64,000 nt of DNA from Trichinella spiralis (lineage: Eukaryota), in NCBI RefSeq assembly GCF_000181795.1, contig NW_003526941.1, positions 7,168,043-7,232,042 on the forward strand, given 5' to 3'. Below the pieces are notes generated by a model that saw only the letters and a program-made list of their open reading frames with translations, was not told the DNA's origin and did not search any database. Made by a program: the position numbers and the translations under genes. This document shows, one piece after another, positions 29,395 to 40,679 of this stretch. Numbering within the stretch: position 1 is the first letter of the stretch; each line of letters begins with the position of its first letter.

Positions 29395-30040
29395 TACGTA
29401 ACGTGAATGATGAATTGAAAATTTTGCAAATATTTAATTAGTTGAAAATACTTCTGCACAATGAAATAATAACTTTACGACAAAGTTTACCCTAACAGCA
29501 AAAGCAACAAAGTTTAAAGTACAGAAACAAAACGACCAGTACAATATATGATTAACAGGTACATACAGAACACTTCAAAGACATAGTTTAGAAAAGTTTT
29601 GCAATAGAAACGACAAATTTTCTTTTACAATACTTATAATGATAATTTGATGAAACGTAACGATCGAAATCAAAGCATAAATGCTTAATTTAGCAAAAAA
29701 TTCATTTGAGAAAGTTTTGATTAAAAAAAAATTCAAATTATCAATAAAATGCGTTGAACTGGCTGGCGAATTTTGTAATATAATTTGTAATGTAACAACA
29801 AAAAAGTAGAACAGAAGAAAAATAATTTCTAACAATGAACAAAATTGAGCGTTCAATTACGTCAAAATGTTGCACAATTCACGTTCGTATAAATGGAATT
29901 TGTAATGTAAATTTCGAAAAATTTTTACACTTTTCAAATTGCAAATAAAACAAAAAAAAAATGCACGTCATCCGTGCATACAGTATACAGGTACGACAAA
30001 AAAAAGTTTGAAAATACAGGGCAATTTGAACGTCGTTGTT

Positions 30041-30054
30041 GTGTGACGTCACAC
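30041..30054. promoter_or_regulatory. 14-bp perfect palindrome containing a CRE (TGACGTCA), about 650 nt upstream of the PGBD-like gene
   Basis: GTGTGACGTCACAC. A second TGACGTCA lies at 24262-24269 upstream of IDH. Function is inferred from the motif only. Confidence 0.3.
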
Positions 30055-30767
30055 CAAACGTGATTTGTCATTATTGGCGCCTTTTTTGTAATACCTTTTT
30101 GTCATTATTGAAAATGCGAATAATAAAAATTATTTTTTTAAATTTGTTTTAATAATTTATTTTTATATGCAAATTTTTATTTAAAAAAAATATACGACGA
30201 TTTGTCCAAATTGTTCAAGAATTGTGTATAGAAAATTTGTTTCAAGTGAAATTTTTGATTGATCGAAAGAAGAATATTTTTAATGAAACAATTTCTTTTT
30301 TTTATTCTGTTTCATTTATCATTCGGAATGTTAATTGAACAGTAAGTAGTAAGTCAATAGAAGACGGTGGAGACAATTTTTCCAACACTGCAAGCTGAAT
30401 TAATTGACTGACTTGACATTCATAAATTGAATGTGACATTTTTTATTACTACCTCCACCGTGAGGTGGTTTATTAATTAGCAGCAATTGTCAGCAGCGTT
30501 ATTATATGAAAAACCATGCCACGAACGACGTGAAAAATAATAACGTAGCATTAATTGCAGGAAATTGTGCGTGTCGAGTGATTTTATTATTGGGAAGAAA
30601 AGAAAAGAAAAAAATAATCTTTTTTTAAATATATTTATGTTATTATTATCTAAAACAAAGTTGAACAACAATAGTAATATTTTAATAAAAAAAAACAAAC
30701 GAAAATGGAATATTATAGTTGCACCGTAGTTGAAAAAATGCTCGAAGGCAACGAGGGTGGTGTTTGA

Positions 30768-32528
30768 TCAAAGTTCCGTGACAGGTACCGGATAATGTTG
30801 AACAATTCGAAATTGAGTTTGCTGTGAATTCAGTGGTGGTGGTGGTGGTGGTGGAGGTGGGGGTGGAGGTGTGGCCGGAGGCATGCCAGCATAGTAAGAA
30901 TAATAATATCGATGGGGAGTGTCGGAAGAGGTCGAATTGGAATTCGCGGACGAACAAGACGACAACTGATCCACAGGCATGTAGCAATAGAGCAGCGCGT
31001 CTTTTCTGGTCTTTTCGTAATGACTGGGCAATAAGATGTTGGCATTTTGGAAAAAATTATTCATAATTTTCGACTGTTGTTGTTGTTGTTGTTGCTGTCG
31101 TGAGGGTCGGTCGTGAATATTTTGTCGCCGAGTCCCATTGCAACGGTTCCGTTTGACGTGGCAGACGATCGTTACAGTAAGACAGCCGATCAACAACAAC
31201 GCACCGACGACACTCGACAACGCCAGCCAAGTGACAGTGGTGGTAAACGGGGAACAGGCGACCAAATCCGCCAACCGTCGACCGGCCATTTCAGCCGGCT
31301 GCCGACAGAAGGCGCTCGAAGTGGACAGTCCATTGATGGACGACAGCACTTCGCCGATCCAGGCGATGTCGCAGTCGCAGTTCCACGGATTGTCGCCCAA
31401 ATCCAATTCGTCCAACTGTTGCCATGGCAACAAGCGTCGAGGTAGACTGGTGAAATTGTTGCCGAACAAGTACAACTGACGCAACGAGGGGGTTTCGAAG
31501 GCGACCGGATGGATTTGGTCGAGTTGAACATTCGCGGCCAAAATCAACGTCTCCAATTGGAAAAGACCCGAAAAAGCGTTCAACGCTACCGACCGTAACT
31601 TGGGACAGCCGAAAATGACCAACTGGTGCAGTCGAGCGAGACCTTCGAACGCGCTGGTGCCGATCTCGTCGAACGGATTTGCACCGACCGACAACGAACC
31701 CAGTTCGGTTAGACTGCGAAAACTGATCGTGGGCAATTTGACCAGACGGTTGGCGTGCAAATCGAGACGCTTCAACGACCGCAAACCGTCGAAGGCGTGG
31801 TCGTCGATTTGGTCGATTCGATTGTCGGACAAATCGAGCAGTTGGAGCGTGGAACCGATCTGGTCGAAAGTCTGGGGCTTCAATTGTCGCAGCATGTTCG
31901 AACTGAAATCCAAAAGTCGAATCGACCTCAACGGCTGGAACAAACCGTCGGTCAAATCGGCCAGTTGATTGTGGCCCAACTGTAACTGTTTCAATTTGGT
32001 CAAGCCGGTGAAAGCGCCGGGTGAGGCAGAGGCGATCGCGTTGTTCGACAAATTCAACGCTTCGAGCTGGCCCAAATCGGAAAAAACCGACGTCGCCAGA
32101 CGGGCCAGGGCGTTGGCCGACAAATCCAACAATTTCAACATAGTCAAGCCGGACAACGTATCCGGCCCCAGGCTGGTCAGCAGATTGTTGTTCAACTTCA
32201 ACACGCGCAATTTGTGCAATTTTCCCAAAGCACCGTTGTTTATGATGAAAATACGATTGTTGGACAAGTCGAGAAATTCCAATTCCAAATAGAAGCCCAA
32301 CTCGTCGACGTTCAACTGACCGATCCGATTGTTGGCCAAATTCAACGAACCAATTCTCGGATCGAGCAATATCGGTACACTTGACAATCCGACACCGCTA
32401 CAGTCGACTGACCCGGACTCTTCTGGACAATGACAACCGGCTGGACAAAACGTTTCGACACCCACACCCAAATGAATCACGATCCACCACCAAACCAACG
32501 ACGATGATAAATCTTCGAATCGTCCCAT
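30768..32528 (-). CDS. Tartan/Capricious-like leucine-rich-repeat transmembrane protein (586 aa, single coding exon)
   Basis: Signal peptide, LRRNT CPAGCHC...VDCS, about 13 LRRs (LxxLxLxxNxL), LRRCT NPWNCDC...C..P....G..L, a TM segment, a polyQ/polyP cytoplasmic tail and C-terminal PVPVTEL (Trn/Caps-type terminus). The ATG at 32528 follows a tttttttccag acceptor. Confidence 0.88.
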   Translation of the reverse strand: MGRFEDLSSSLVWWWIVIHLGVGVETFCPAGCHCPEESGSVDCSGVGLSSVPILLDPRIGSLNLANNRIGQLNVDELGFYLELEFLDLSNNRIFIINNGALGKLHKLRVLKLNNNLLTSLGPDTLSGLTMLKLLDLSANALARLATSVFSDLGQLEALNLSNNAIASASPGAFTGLTKLKQLQLGHNQLADLTDGLFQPLRSIRLLDFSSNMLRQLKPQTFDQIGSTLQLLDLSDNRIDQIDDHAFDGLRSLKRLDLHANRLVKLPTISFRSLTELGSLSVGANPFDEIGTSAFEGLARLHQLVIFGCPKLRSVALNAFSGLFQLETLILAANVQLDQIHPVAFETPSLRQLYLFGNNFTSLPRRLLPWQQLDELDLGDNPWNCDCDIAWIGEVLSSINGLSTSSAFCRQPAEMAGRRLADLVACSPFTTTVTWLALSSVVGALLLIGCLTVTIVCHVKRNRCNGTRRQNIHDRPSRQQQQQQQQSKIMNNFFQNANILLPSHYEKTRKDALLYCYMPVDQLSSCSSANSNSTSSDTPHRYYYSYYAGMPPATPPPPPPPPPPPPLNSQQTQFRIVQHYPVPVTEL

Positions 32529-33138
32529 ATCTGGAAAAAAAAATTGAATAATAATTTTGTGTTTTGAAAAAAAATTTGAATAAAACGCGAACTCAACTAG
32601 GTCAACGTGCTGACTGTCAAGTGGAAAAATTATTATTATTATTATTATCAAAGCGCAGATGGATTTATTACTGGCCCTGTAGTGAAAATTGTACATTTTT
32701 TTACGAGCCATTGGCTGACAACAAGACAATAGATGGTCTATTAGGCATGGCGACGGTCAGCGGGGGTTCAGTCAGGTCGGCGCCGAAGCCAACTTTTCAC
32801 CAGAATGAGATATGCATCGGTTCGAATTGGACAATTGGATCGCCGCACTGACCGCCACAAATGGACCAGACACAATGAAGACAAAGATCCCGGTTGTTGC
32901 CAACACCGCTGGTCCAATATTTGTCCAGTTCGCGGTAGCTGGGACGCGTTCAAGCGTCCACCGTGTTTATCGGCACTGTTTTGCCAGCTGCCGGGCCAAA
33001 GGGCGCCGGCGACATTGCGTGGCCGGTTAATCCGATTGTCCAGTCGACTTTTGCACGCTCGCGCGATCACGTCCTCACAACAACCTTTTCTTTACTATTA
33101 TTCTTCGCATCTATCTCGCCATTACGTGCATTAGCATA

Positions 33139-33166
33139 CACAACAACAACAACAACAACAACAACA
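33139..33166. repeat. (CAA)n microsatellite
   Basis: About 9 consecutive CAA units are visible. Confidence 0.9.
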
Positions 33167-33589
33167 ATTCAAACATGCAATTTGTAAAACATTCCGCTTT
33201 CGATAAACACAACAATCAAATTTCACGTACTTGACATGTTCATTCATGAATGAATGGTCTCAATAAATCTATGATAATGGAATATTTTTTCTTCAAACGA
33301 AAAATTACTACTTAAAAATTGTAAAGTGAAAATAAATTTCGAAAAATTTATTCATGTTCCAACTAGACAAATAAAAGAAAAAAGCTGAATATTTTTTTTG
33401 GTCGAGGTCAATAGAATTGTAAGATAATAAAGAATATTTTTTGGAAAAAAAACACACATATAGATAAAGTTATCTATCACCCGTGACAACAGAATGCTGA
33501 AAAGTTGTGAAGGTGAAAATCGATACAAGGTAACTTAATTTGGAAAATACACTGAAAAACGAATGGTTCAATTACGCGACCATTGTCCA

Positions 33590-34127
33590 TATGGGATGCA
33601 TCGAAGCGGTAAAGTGGAAAGGATCACACATCCCCGTGGGATAAGCGTAGAACGAACGTGCCAGACAAACAACACATGTACCAGTGAAAGAGTTCCACTT
33701 GCTTACCTGCTGTTGGAAGTGTATCAATTGTGAAGAGAGCGTGTTGATCTGGTGAAAGCAGATTTAGGAAATGAACCAATTCGATTGAGACAAGCAGAAA
33801 ATGTAACCGTACTGAACGATGATTGGTCAGTTTCGACCTACAAGGTCGCAACTCTAAGAAAGCGTCGAAGAGCGGCGCCCTGAAGTGATTGATGATAGTT
33901 CCCGAACTGAACACCGAACTGGAGCTTCAATCTCTGAGCATCGGCGTTGAATACGAGGCACCTTGACAGATGCTCCATCACGGTACCCCGCCGAGTGGTA
34001 CCGTGGGCCGTAGGTCGCGTTTGTCATCGCGCTAATTGATGACCACTCGGACAGTGGCTAGCAAGCGTGAGAAGTGGCCAAGTTGGAATTTTCTCCCATT
34101 CTGGGGTCATTTGTGCCTCTTTTTTTT
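33590..34127 (+). ncRNA. Candidate structured non-coding RNA of unknown family, ending in a T8 run
   Basis: GC-richer non-coding island with at least 9 hand-identified helices. A 17-bp closing stem ends immediately before TTTTTTTT. See findings. Confidence 0.4.
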
Positions 34128-37100
34128 GTTCAACTGTCAAAGAAAAATAGAAACAAATCAGTAAATAAACTTCCGCTTGAACAGTCGATCTGGAAATTCA
34201 AAGACTACACCAGCCGTCGTTCGCATAATCGAATTGTTCCTACTCAAGAAAGCTTGAATTAATAACAGCTTGACAAAAAATAATAAATAAATAAATAAAT
34301 CAGTCATCCATAACCAACTATCAAAACACATATATTTGAAATTTATCATTTTGTTCATTTTCGATTAATACTCTGGTCCCATGGCCTCTTGGGCAAGTAT
34401 TAAAATTTTATCTGTAAATAATTTCCAAGAGAAAAAAAAAGCGATCATTCAAAAGATGACATCATTAATTGTTTTATTGAGTGAACTTCTTCGATTTGGT
34501 GGACAATTTTGAAAATCAGGTCGACCTGCAGTGAATGCAAATTCACTTCGACGATCTTATCATCTTTATTGCATATCAAGGTAAAAGATAATTGTGATCA
34601 AAAATGGCCACTGTGAATACAATTCGACGTTCATACATTTTAATAACAATATTTCATAAAGTAATTTTGGAAAAATTTTCCCACGGACCAAAATAGAATA
34701 AAAAAAAATCTACATATGCATTACCAGAGTGGAAAATTTACAGTAAACTGAATTGGCCAAGTGAACAACAGCATTGTATAAAATTAAAGTGGGGAAAGGT
34801 GGGGGGGGGGTTGAATTTTTGAATAAGAATGCAGTGAAGATGAAGTTGACGAACAAAACCGGTCAGCGGCCTGAAAAGTCCGCTGGAAAAATTGATCGCC
34901 TGATGTCAAGTTTTGAAAAGGGGGAAAATTTTTTTTTGAAATTGATCTCGTCCCACATCAACCAACCTCGACAATACAAAAATTGGGTTAACAATTTTTA
35001 AATGGATGGTTTTTTCACAAACTGAAAAATCAAGATCAAAAAAATACCATGACATTGCTCTTTTTCCAAATTTGACCAAATTCTTTTGCAATTTTTATTT
35101 CATCGTGAGAATTGAATGTTAAAAATAAACTTACCATCATAATTTGCATATTCAGTTGTTGTTTTTATTTTTCATCCGCTCATAAAGTCGCAATATTGAA
35201 ATTGATTGATAAGCTAATTAGCTACTTTTTTTTTCTATCATCATCATCGATTCCACACTACTAATGGACAACAGACAGACGGTAAAACGCTCATCAAGAC
35301 GATCAGGCATAACTTTTGCCCGACCACACGCCGTGACGGATGCTGAGCTTTCTTGAGATTCGACCGACTATTATTATCATCATCATTATTCAACACGGCA
35401 GGCATATCGATTGCAACAATTCAATCAATCCCAATCAAGCACAAGCTTTGATTATTGGAAAAATTATTTGTTACTAATTTTTTTAAAAAAATATTTTTAT
35501 CAATTAAATAATAATTTAAATTAATCTGAAATTGAAATTGTAATGTTCGAATTGATTTACTGGTAAAGTTATGTCAATATAATGGCCGCTTTGAAGTAGT
35601 TGTTGAAATAATAGCCAAGTGCACGCAATCGCTTCTCCACTTATTGGTCATTGTTTTTTTGAGAGCTTCAAGTATGAGCAGGTGCTTGTGAACGCTTGTA
35701 TCCAAAGTTCTCCACTTGACACGTTTACAGTATCCATTCGAAATATAAGAACATAATATTGGCTGGCCACCGGCATGAACAGTTTCAAATTAACACGCTT
35801 CAATTCATCCTCAATTGTCTGTACGTGCGTGTGTGAAAACAAATTTTCTTTGTTTTTTTGCATATTTGCACAAAATTACACAAATCAAATTTCAATTAAT
35901 ACGACAAATTTCCAAGTTGTGCTGATTCGGTATAAATTATTGAAATAGATTGGCTTTTATAATTTGTTTTCCATGCTGAGCAAAAGATGGATAGAAATTG
36001 AAACACAATATGACGCGTGATGAATATTCATAACGGAACGTTTGTCAAAGTCGTTAGACATCTTCTTCAATCTAATTATCCCAACGAAAAATCAATATTT
36101 TTTCCTCAAAATTGACAATTTCATTTCTTCTGGTCACTTTCTTCTATTTCGTGTGATCAATTCAAAAAACAACAACAACAAAATATATAATTATGTGTAA
36201 ATTCACCAGGGTGGTCAAAATTAATCGTTTAATAATACTGATTATAATTCGAGTTAAATGTCCGTGAACTTCTCCACCCTACTTGAGATTGAATCCATTC
36301 AGCTTTTTTACCATTGCATTATTCTGTATAGTTGAAGCGACGAAGCGGGCTAATTGTACAAAGGGAACATTCCGTAGAAGTGGATCAGCTCGAAGGGCAA
36401 AATGATGATTTTCAGCTTATCCGCAGACTAATGAATACCGCTCTGTGCAAACAGTGACGTCGAACCGAGGCTAATGGCCAGCCACCTGTCCGGTCGGTTC
36501 TCGGCATGCGTTGCTATTGTCAAGCATTGTCGAGTGATCTTGGCCGGTGGACACCTCGGCATTGTCCGCGGGATAATCAACACCGGGCCGGTCGTTTTAC
36601 ATACGTAAGAATGCAACGCCACCGTCTGCCATCACCAACTGTCCGAAGAAAATGGTCGATTGTTGGCAGAGGGTTTGCGAACCCTCGACCTCGACTAATC
36701 ATTGTCTTCGTGCGCAGATGGATGCCGGTCATCATCGTCCGCACATTCCCTAGCCAACGCCCTGCCGCATAAAACACAAAAAGCGGTTTCTTTGTTATGA
36801 GAAAATGCAAATAAAAAATACAAGAAAAATGAAACTCTTCCTTTGTACAACACCTTCTCAAACATCTGCCAAAAAATAACAATACTACTACTCGTTTATC
36901 AATACTTTATTATATATATATGTATATTTTTATGTTATCTTCATTCTCAAACGTACATTCAACAAGCAAGTGAATTGTAATTGAAATGATAATTTCAAAA
37001 TTAAACAATTATTTATTCAGTTTTTTAAATTAAATCAAAATTAAAATATCGAGCATGTAAAAACTGTTGAACATTACATATTTTCTAATACATCTTGTTG

Positions 37101-37684
37101 CACTTTTACATCACCAACGACAAAAATATATAAGCAATTGTTTGTTGTAAGCGAGAAATTGCACTACATATTAAAATTTTAATTTTTACATAAATCAATC
37201 AACTACTTCAAAAACAAAAAATGAAAGCCTATTACATTACGGATTACACATGTGTAACATTCATTTAAAAAGTACCATTTTCATTGTTTTTGTAGTTATG
37301 TACAGTACGCACATTTCGATAGAGATCAGCATCTGTATAAAAATTAAATTAAATATTTAAAATTATATTAAAATTTTTTTAATTATTTTTTTTAAGTTTA
37401 TTTTAAAATAGTTTAGTTATTTTTAGTTTATGAAAAAGTTTGTTAAAGCTGTTCAAATAATGAAAAATGATTTGCTTTTATCTTGCATTTTTGTGCTACA
37501 AATATTATAATTAAGCTTTGAAATGAAGAATATTTATTTTTTTAATATTTAATTTTATTATTTTGCCAAATATGCTGCTTTATTTGTGAAACATACTCTT
37601 ACATTTATTTAATACTGTAGTTATTGTTTCGATAGTGAAGGATTTGTTTGTGTTGTGCTTTTGTTGTTTTGTTTTTCTTTCACT

Positions 37685-38967
37685 ATGGTCAGCTTACCTA
37701 GTTTACCGGTTTCGCTCGCCTTGTCTCCTCGAGTTTACAGAATTTTGGGCTGCAATTCTGGATCAATGACTCTGCAGGGTACTAATACATATTTGGTTGG
37801 TACAGGAAGAAAGTAAGTGATCCAAGAAACGGTGAATTTTTTGGTAAAGATTGTTTACTTCAAGGTTTCCTGTAACTCCTTAGCTCTTTTTTTATTTAAA
37901 ATTATTTTAAGTAACAAATGATGCCATTTTATTTATATTTTTAGATATTTTACTATTTTATTGTATTTGTTATATATTGTAGTATTGTATTGTATTGTAA
38001 TATGTTAACTTTATAGTTTGTTATATTTGGATTTTATATATTTATTTTTTTGTAAAAATTCAATTTTTAGGCGTCTTTTAATTGATACTGGAGAAGCAAA
38101 TAATTTCGCATATTTGCAGTACTTAAGCCAAGCACTTGCTGAGACAGGGGCTTGTATTTGTGGCGTTTTATGCACTCATTGGCATGCGGATCATATTGGT
38201 GGTGTGATGAATGTTGCTCGCCAATATTCTGTTACGAATTTGATGAAATTCAGACGTGATAATCCAGAAGAAAATATCAAATACGAACAACTTGGATTTG
38301 AATTTGTTCGAGAAGGTCAACTGATAACAGTCGAAGGTGCAACTTTGAAGTATGTATTTATGTCATGTCACAATAGTTATGTATTCATTTTTCACTCTTT
38401 TGTTATTTAGAGTTATTCATACGCCTGGACACGCAGATGACCACATGTCATTGCAATTGTTAGAGGAGAATGCCGTCTTTACTGGCGACTGTATTCTAGG
38501 AGATGGCAGTACGACAGTTTTCGAAGATTTGGATTCTTATATGAAGTCATTGAAAAAATTGCAATCACTTGCTCCGGATCTAATCTATCCTGGACATGGC
38601 TCACCCATCTATGATGCTGTAAAACGAATCCAACGGTACATTGACCATAGACAACGAAGGGAAAATCAGATATTCAATGTGCTCAGCCAGTCAAAACTAC
38701 CACTAACTCCTATGGACATAGTGCAGAAGATATACAATGTTTGGCTATAAATTGAACTACAGTTGTAAACTGAATCTGAAAGAAATGTATATTTAGGAAA
38801 CGCCTGCCATGCTACACAGAGCTGCTTCTATTAATGTTTTGCAGCATTTGGAAAAGTTGCAGAAATTGGGCAAAACAAGTAAGCGATCAAATTCTTACTC
38901 AATTCGGTTTGTTTCTTTTGTTTTATTTTCAGAAAAAAAGGATGGAAAATGGAAAGCGTGTGTTTAA
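37685..38967 (+). CDS. LACTB2: Endoribonuclease LACTB2 (metallo-beta-lactamase fold), 5 exons
   Basis: [45 protein letters not shown] (HxHxDH), [35 protein letters not shown]. Confidence 0.93.
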
Positions 38968-39316
38968 TTGTAAGAAATGTAGCACAATGTTTTGTTTTAA
39001 TAGGCAAATTAGAAAAAATGATTTTTATCATATTAGGCTTACTAAGAATTTTGCCATAGCTATTACTGCCCGTAGTTAATTTTTAGGAATGCACATTTTG
39101 ATATCAGGAACTGTAGAAGCTCTTTGCACTTTTCAAATTTATTGTTATCTGTTTTACAAAGCCCTTTGTTTATGCGAAAGTAAAATTTTACTCATTTTGT
39201 TGTTATCATATTTTCAGTTTTTTAATGGTATTGTATCCATTTGTTGCGTTGGATTTGCTTTCCTTGTTTGTGTGATAGTTTCATAATACTTAGCAATTAG
39301 CAAGCGTTATTTGGTG

Positions 39317-40519
39317 ATGTCGATTCTGCATCCACAGTACACATACAAGAAAAATACGAATGAACGTCAGGTTATTACTGACAGACAACCGAAAAGTAAC
39401 TATGTAGGTCAACTTAATGGAAGGTCAGTTATAATTAATGGGAATGATGCGACAATTGCGCATTTATGGAATTGTGTATGCAAGAGTAGTTTGCAAGTTT
39501 AAATTGTTTGCATTGAAATTGTTTAGGGATGTTTCGGTCGTCCAGTGTTTGTGTATGTTGAACTGTTATTTCTCAGGCGTGTAAACAGTTTTATTTGAAG
39601 GGCTGGAAATTCAAACGAACCATCGTCATTGGTTGCTGTTCTTTTTCTCGAAGAGGTCGACTGTGAATGGCTGAACGAGAATTCTTTTATTCATATTCAT
39701 ATTTATTTACCGTTTAGGCTCTTTATTTGGTTATTGTCTCTGGCTGCTTGAGCATTGCAAATGGCGACCAGGCAAAATTTAATTATTTGCTATTATTTAC
39801 TGAAATTACTTTCGATCGTCAGTTAATTTTTTCCATTTATTATTTGCAGCTGATGACATCTAGTGAATTTTTTTCTTATTGCATTGCATCTGCCGCAGAT
39901 TTTGTTTTTCGATTTGCAGTTTATCTGCATTTTCGTCGCCGAGGTTGGATTGTTAAACCAGGATTGAACTATGGTGTTGATTACGGTAAGAAGTTTGTTG
40001 TTATAGATTTTGTTTTATGAATTGACACTTCTCAATAGTTTAATTAGGGCTTTTGAAATTGTTGCATTTCTTTTATCAACTTTTACATACATAATTTCAG
40101 TTGTGTATCCGGATGCTCCGAACAATGTGCACAGTCAGTTTATGGTGATAATTGTACCCCATTGGAATGGCTTCCACGAATTGCCGATGACGTGGCGAGA
40201 CGCTGTCTCAGCTTCTCGAATCTCTTCCGCAGTTTCGAAAGTTTGTTTCCAGTTTTCTTCTGCATTATCAGTATTTGCATATTGTATGCACCGATTTTAG
40301 AATGTACTTCTTTGTGGTGTGAAAAATCTTAATGGTGATTTTCAAAAGTTGACTTTGGCTGATCTGGAACAATGTCCTGTTCAAGTAATTTCTCATGTGT
40401 GATGCTAATGTAATTTCACAAGTGTAACTTTGTAGATTGTATGCTTGAAGCAGTGGTTCGCTCGTCGACCATTTTCCGACAAGAAAGAACGCAAGGTGTC
40501 ACCAACATTGTCTGATTGA
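39317..40519 (+). CDS. TSEN2: tRNA-splicing endonuclease subunit Sen2-like
   Basis: GCFGR, LFLEE|ALYL, FAVYLHFRRRGWIVKPGLNYGVDY|VVYPDAPNNVHSQF and SRISSAVSK|NVLL, with Tyr/His/Lys at the catalytic triad positions. Confidence 0.82.
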
Positions 40520-40679
40520 AAAATAAAATTTATATTAAATTTACATATTGGCTGATTTGTTTTGTTTTGAATTGCAACTGTCAAATGCAGTAGCGGATAT
40601 ATTTTTGTCAATGTTTGAAATTGTTTGTTTGTTTATTTGTTTGTTAAGATTAAATTTGCAGATCCGGTCAAAATTAAAG

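Noticed and set aside
27356..29900. Active piggyBac transposon
   Set aside because: No terminal inverted repeats were noticed, there are multiple introns, and two of three catalytic motifs are degenerate.
30824..32292. Numerous short overlapping ORFs across the LRR gene
   Set aside because: Stop-poor shadow frames of a GC-rich exon.
32529..32729. N-terminal 67-aa extension of the 653-aa LRR ORF
   Set aside because: Intron-like composition ending in a tttttttccag acceptor; the signal peptide starts at the ATG at 32528.
33590..34127. Specific assignment of the structured island as telomerase RNA, U3, U4, SRP or a hammerhead ribozyme
   Set aside because: No telomere-template repeat, U3 box A, Sm-site architecture or SRP helix-8 motif was found. 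TTGATGA-stem is followed by CTAG rather than GAAA. The family is left unassigned.
34791..34810. G-rich tract ggggaaaggtgggggggggg (possible G-quadruplex)
   Set aside because: A short isolated homopolymer with no supporting context.
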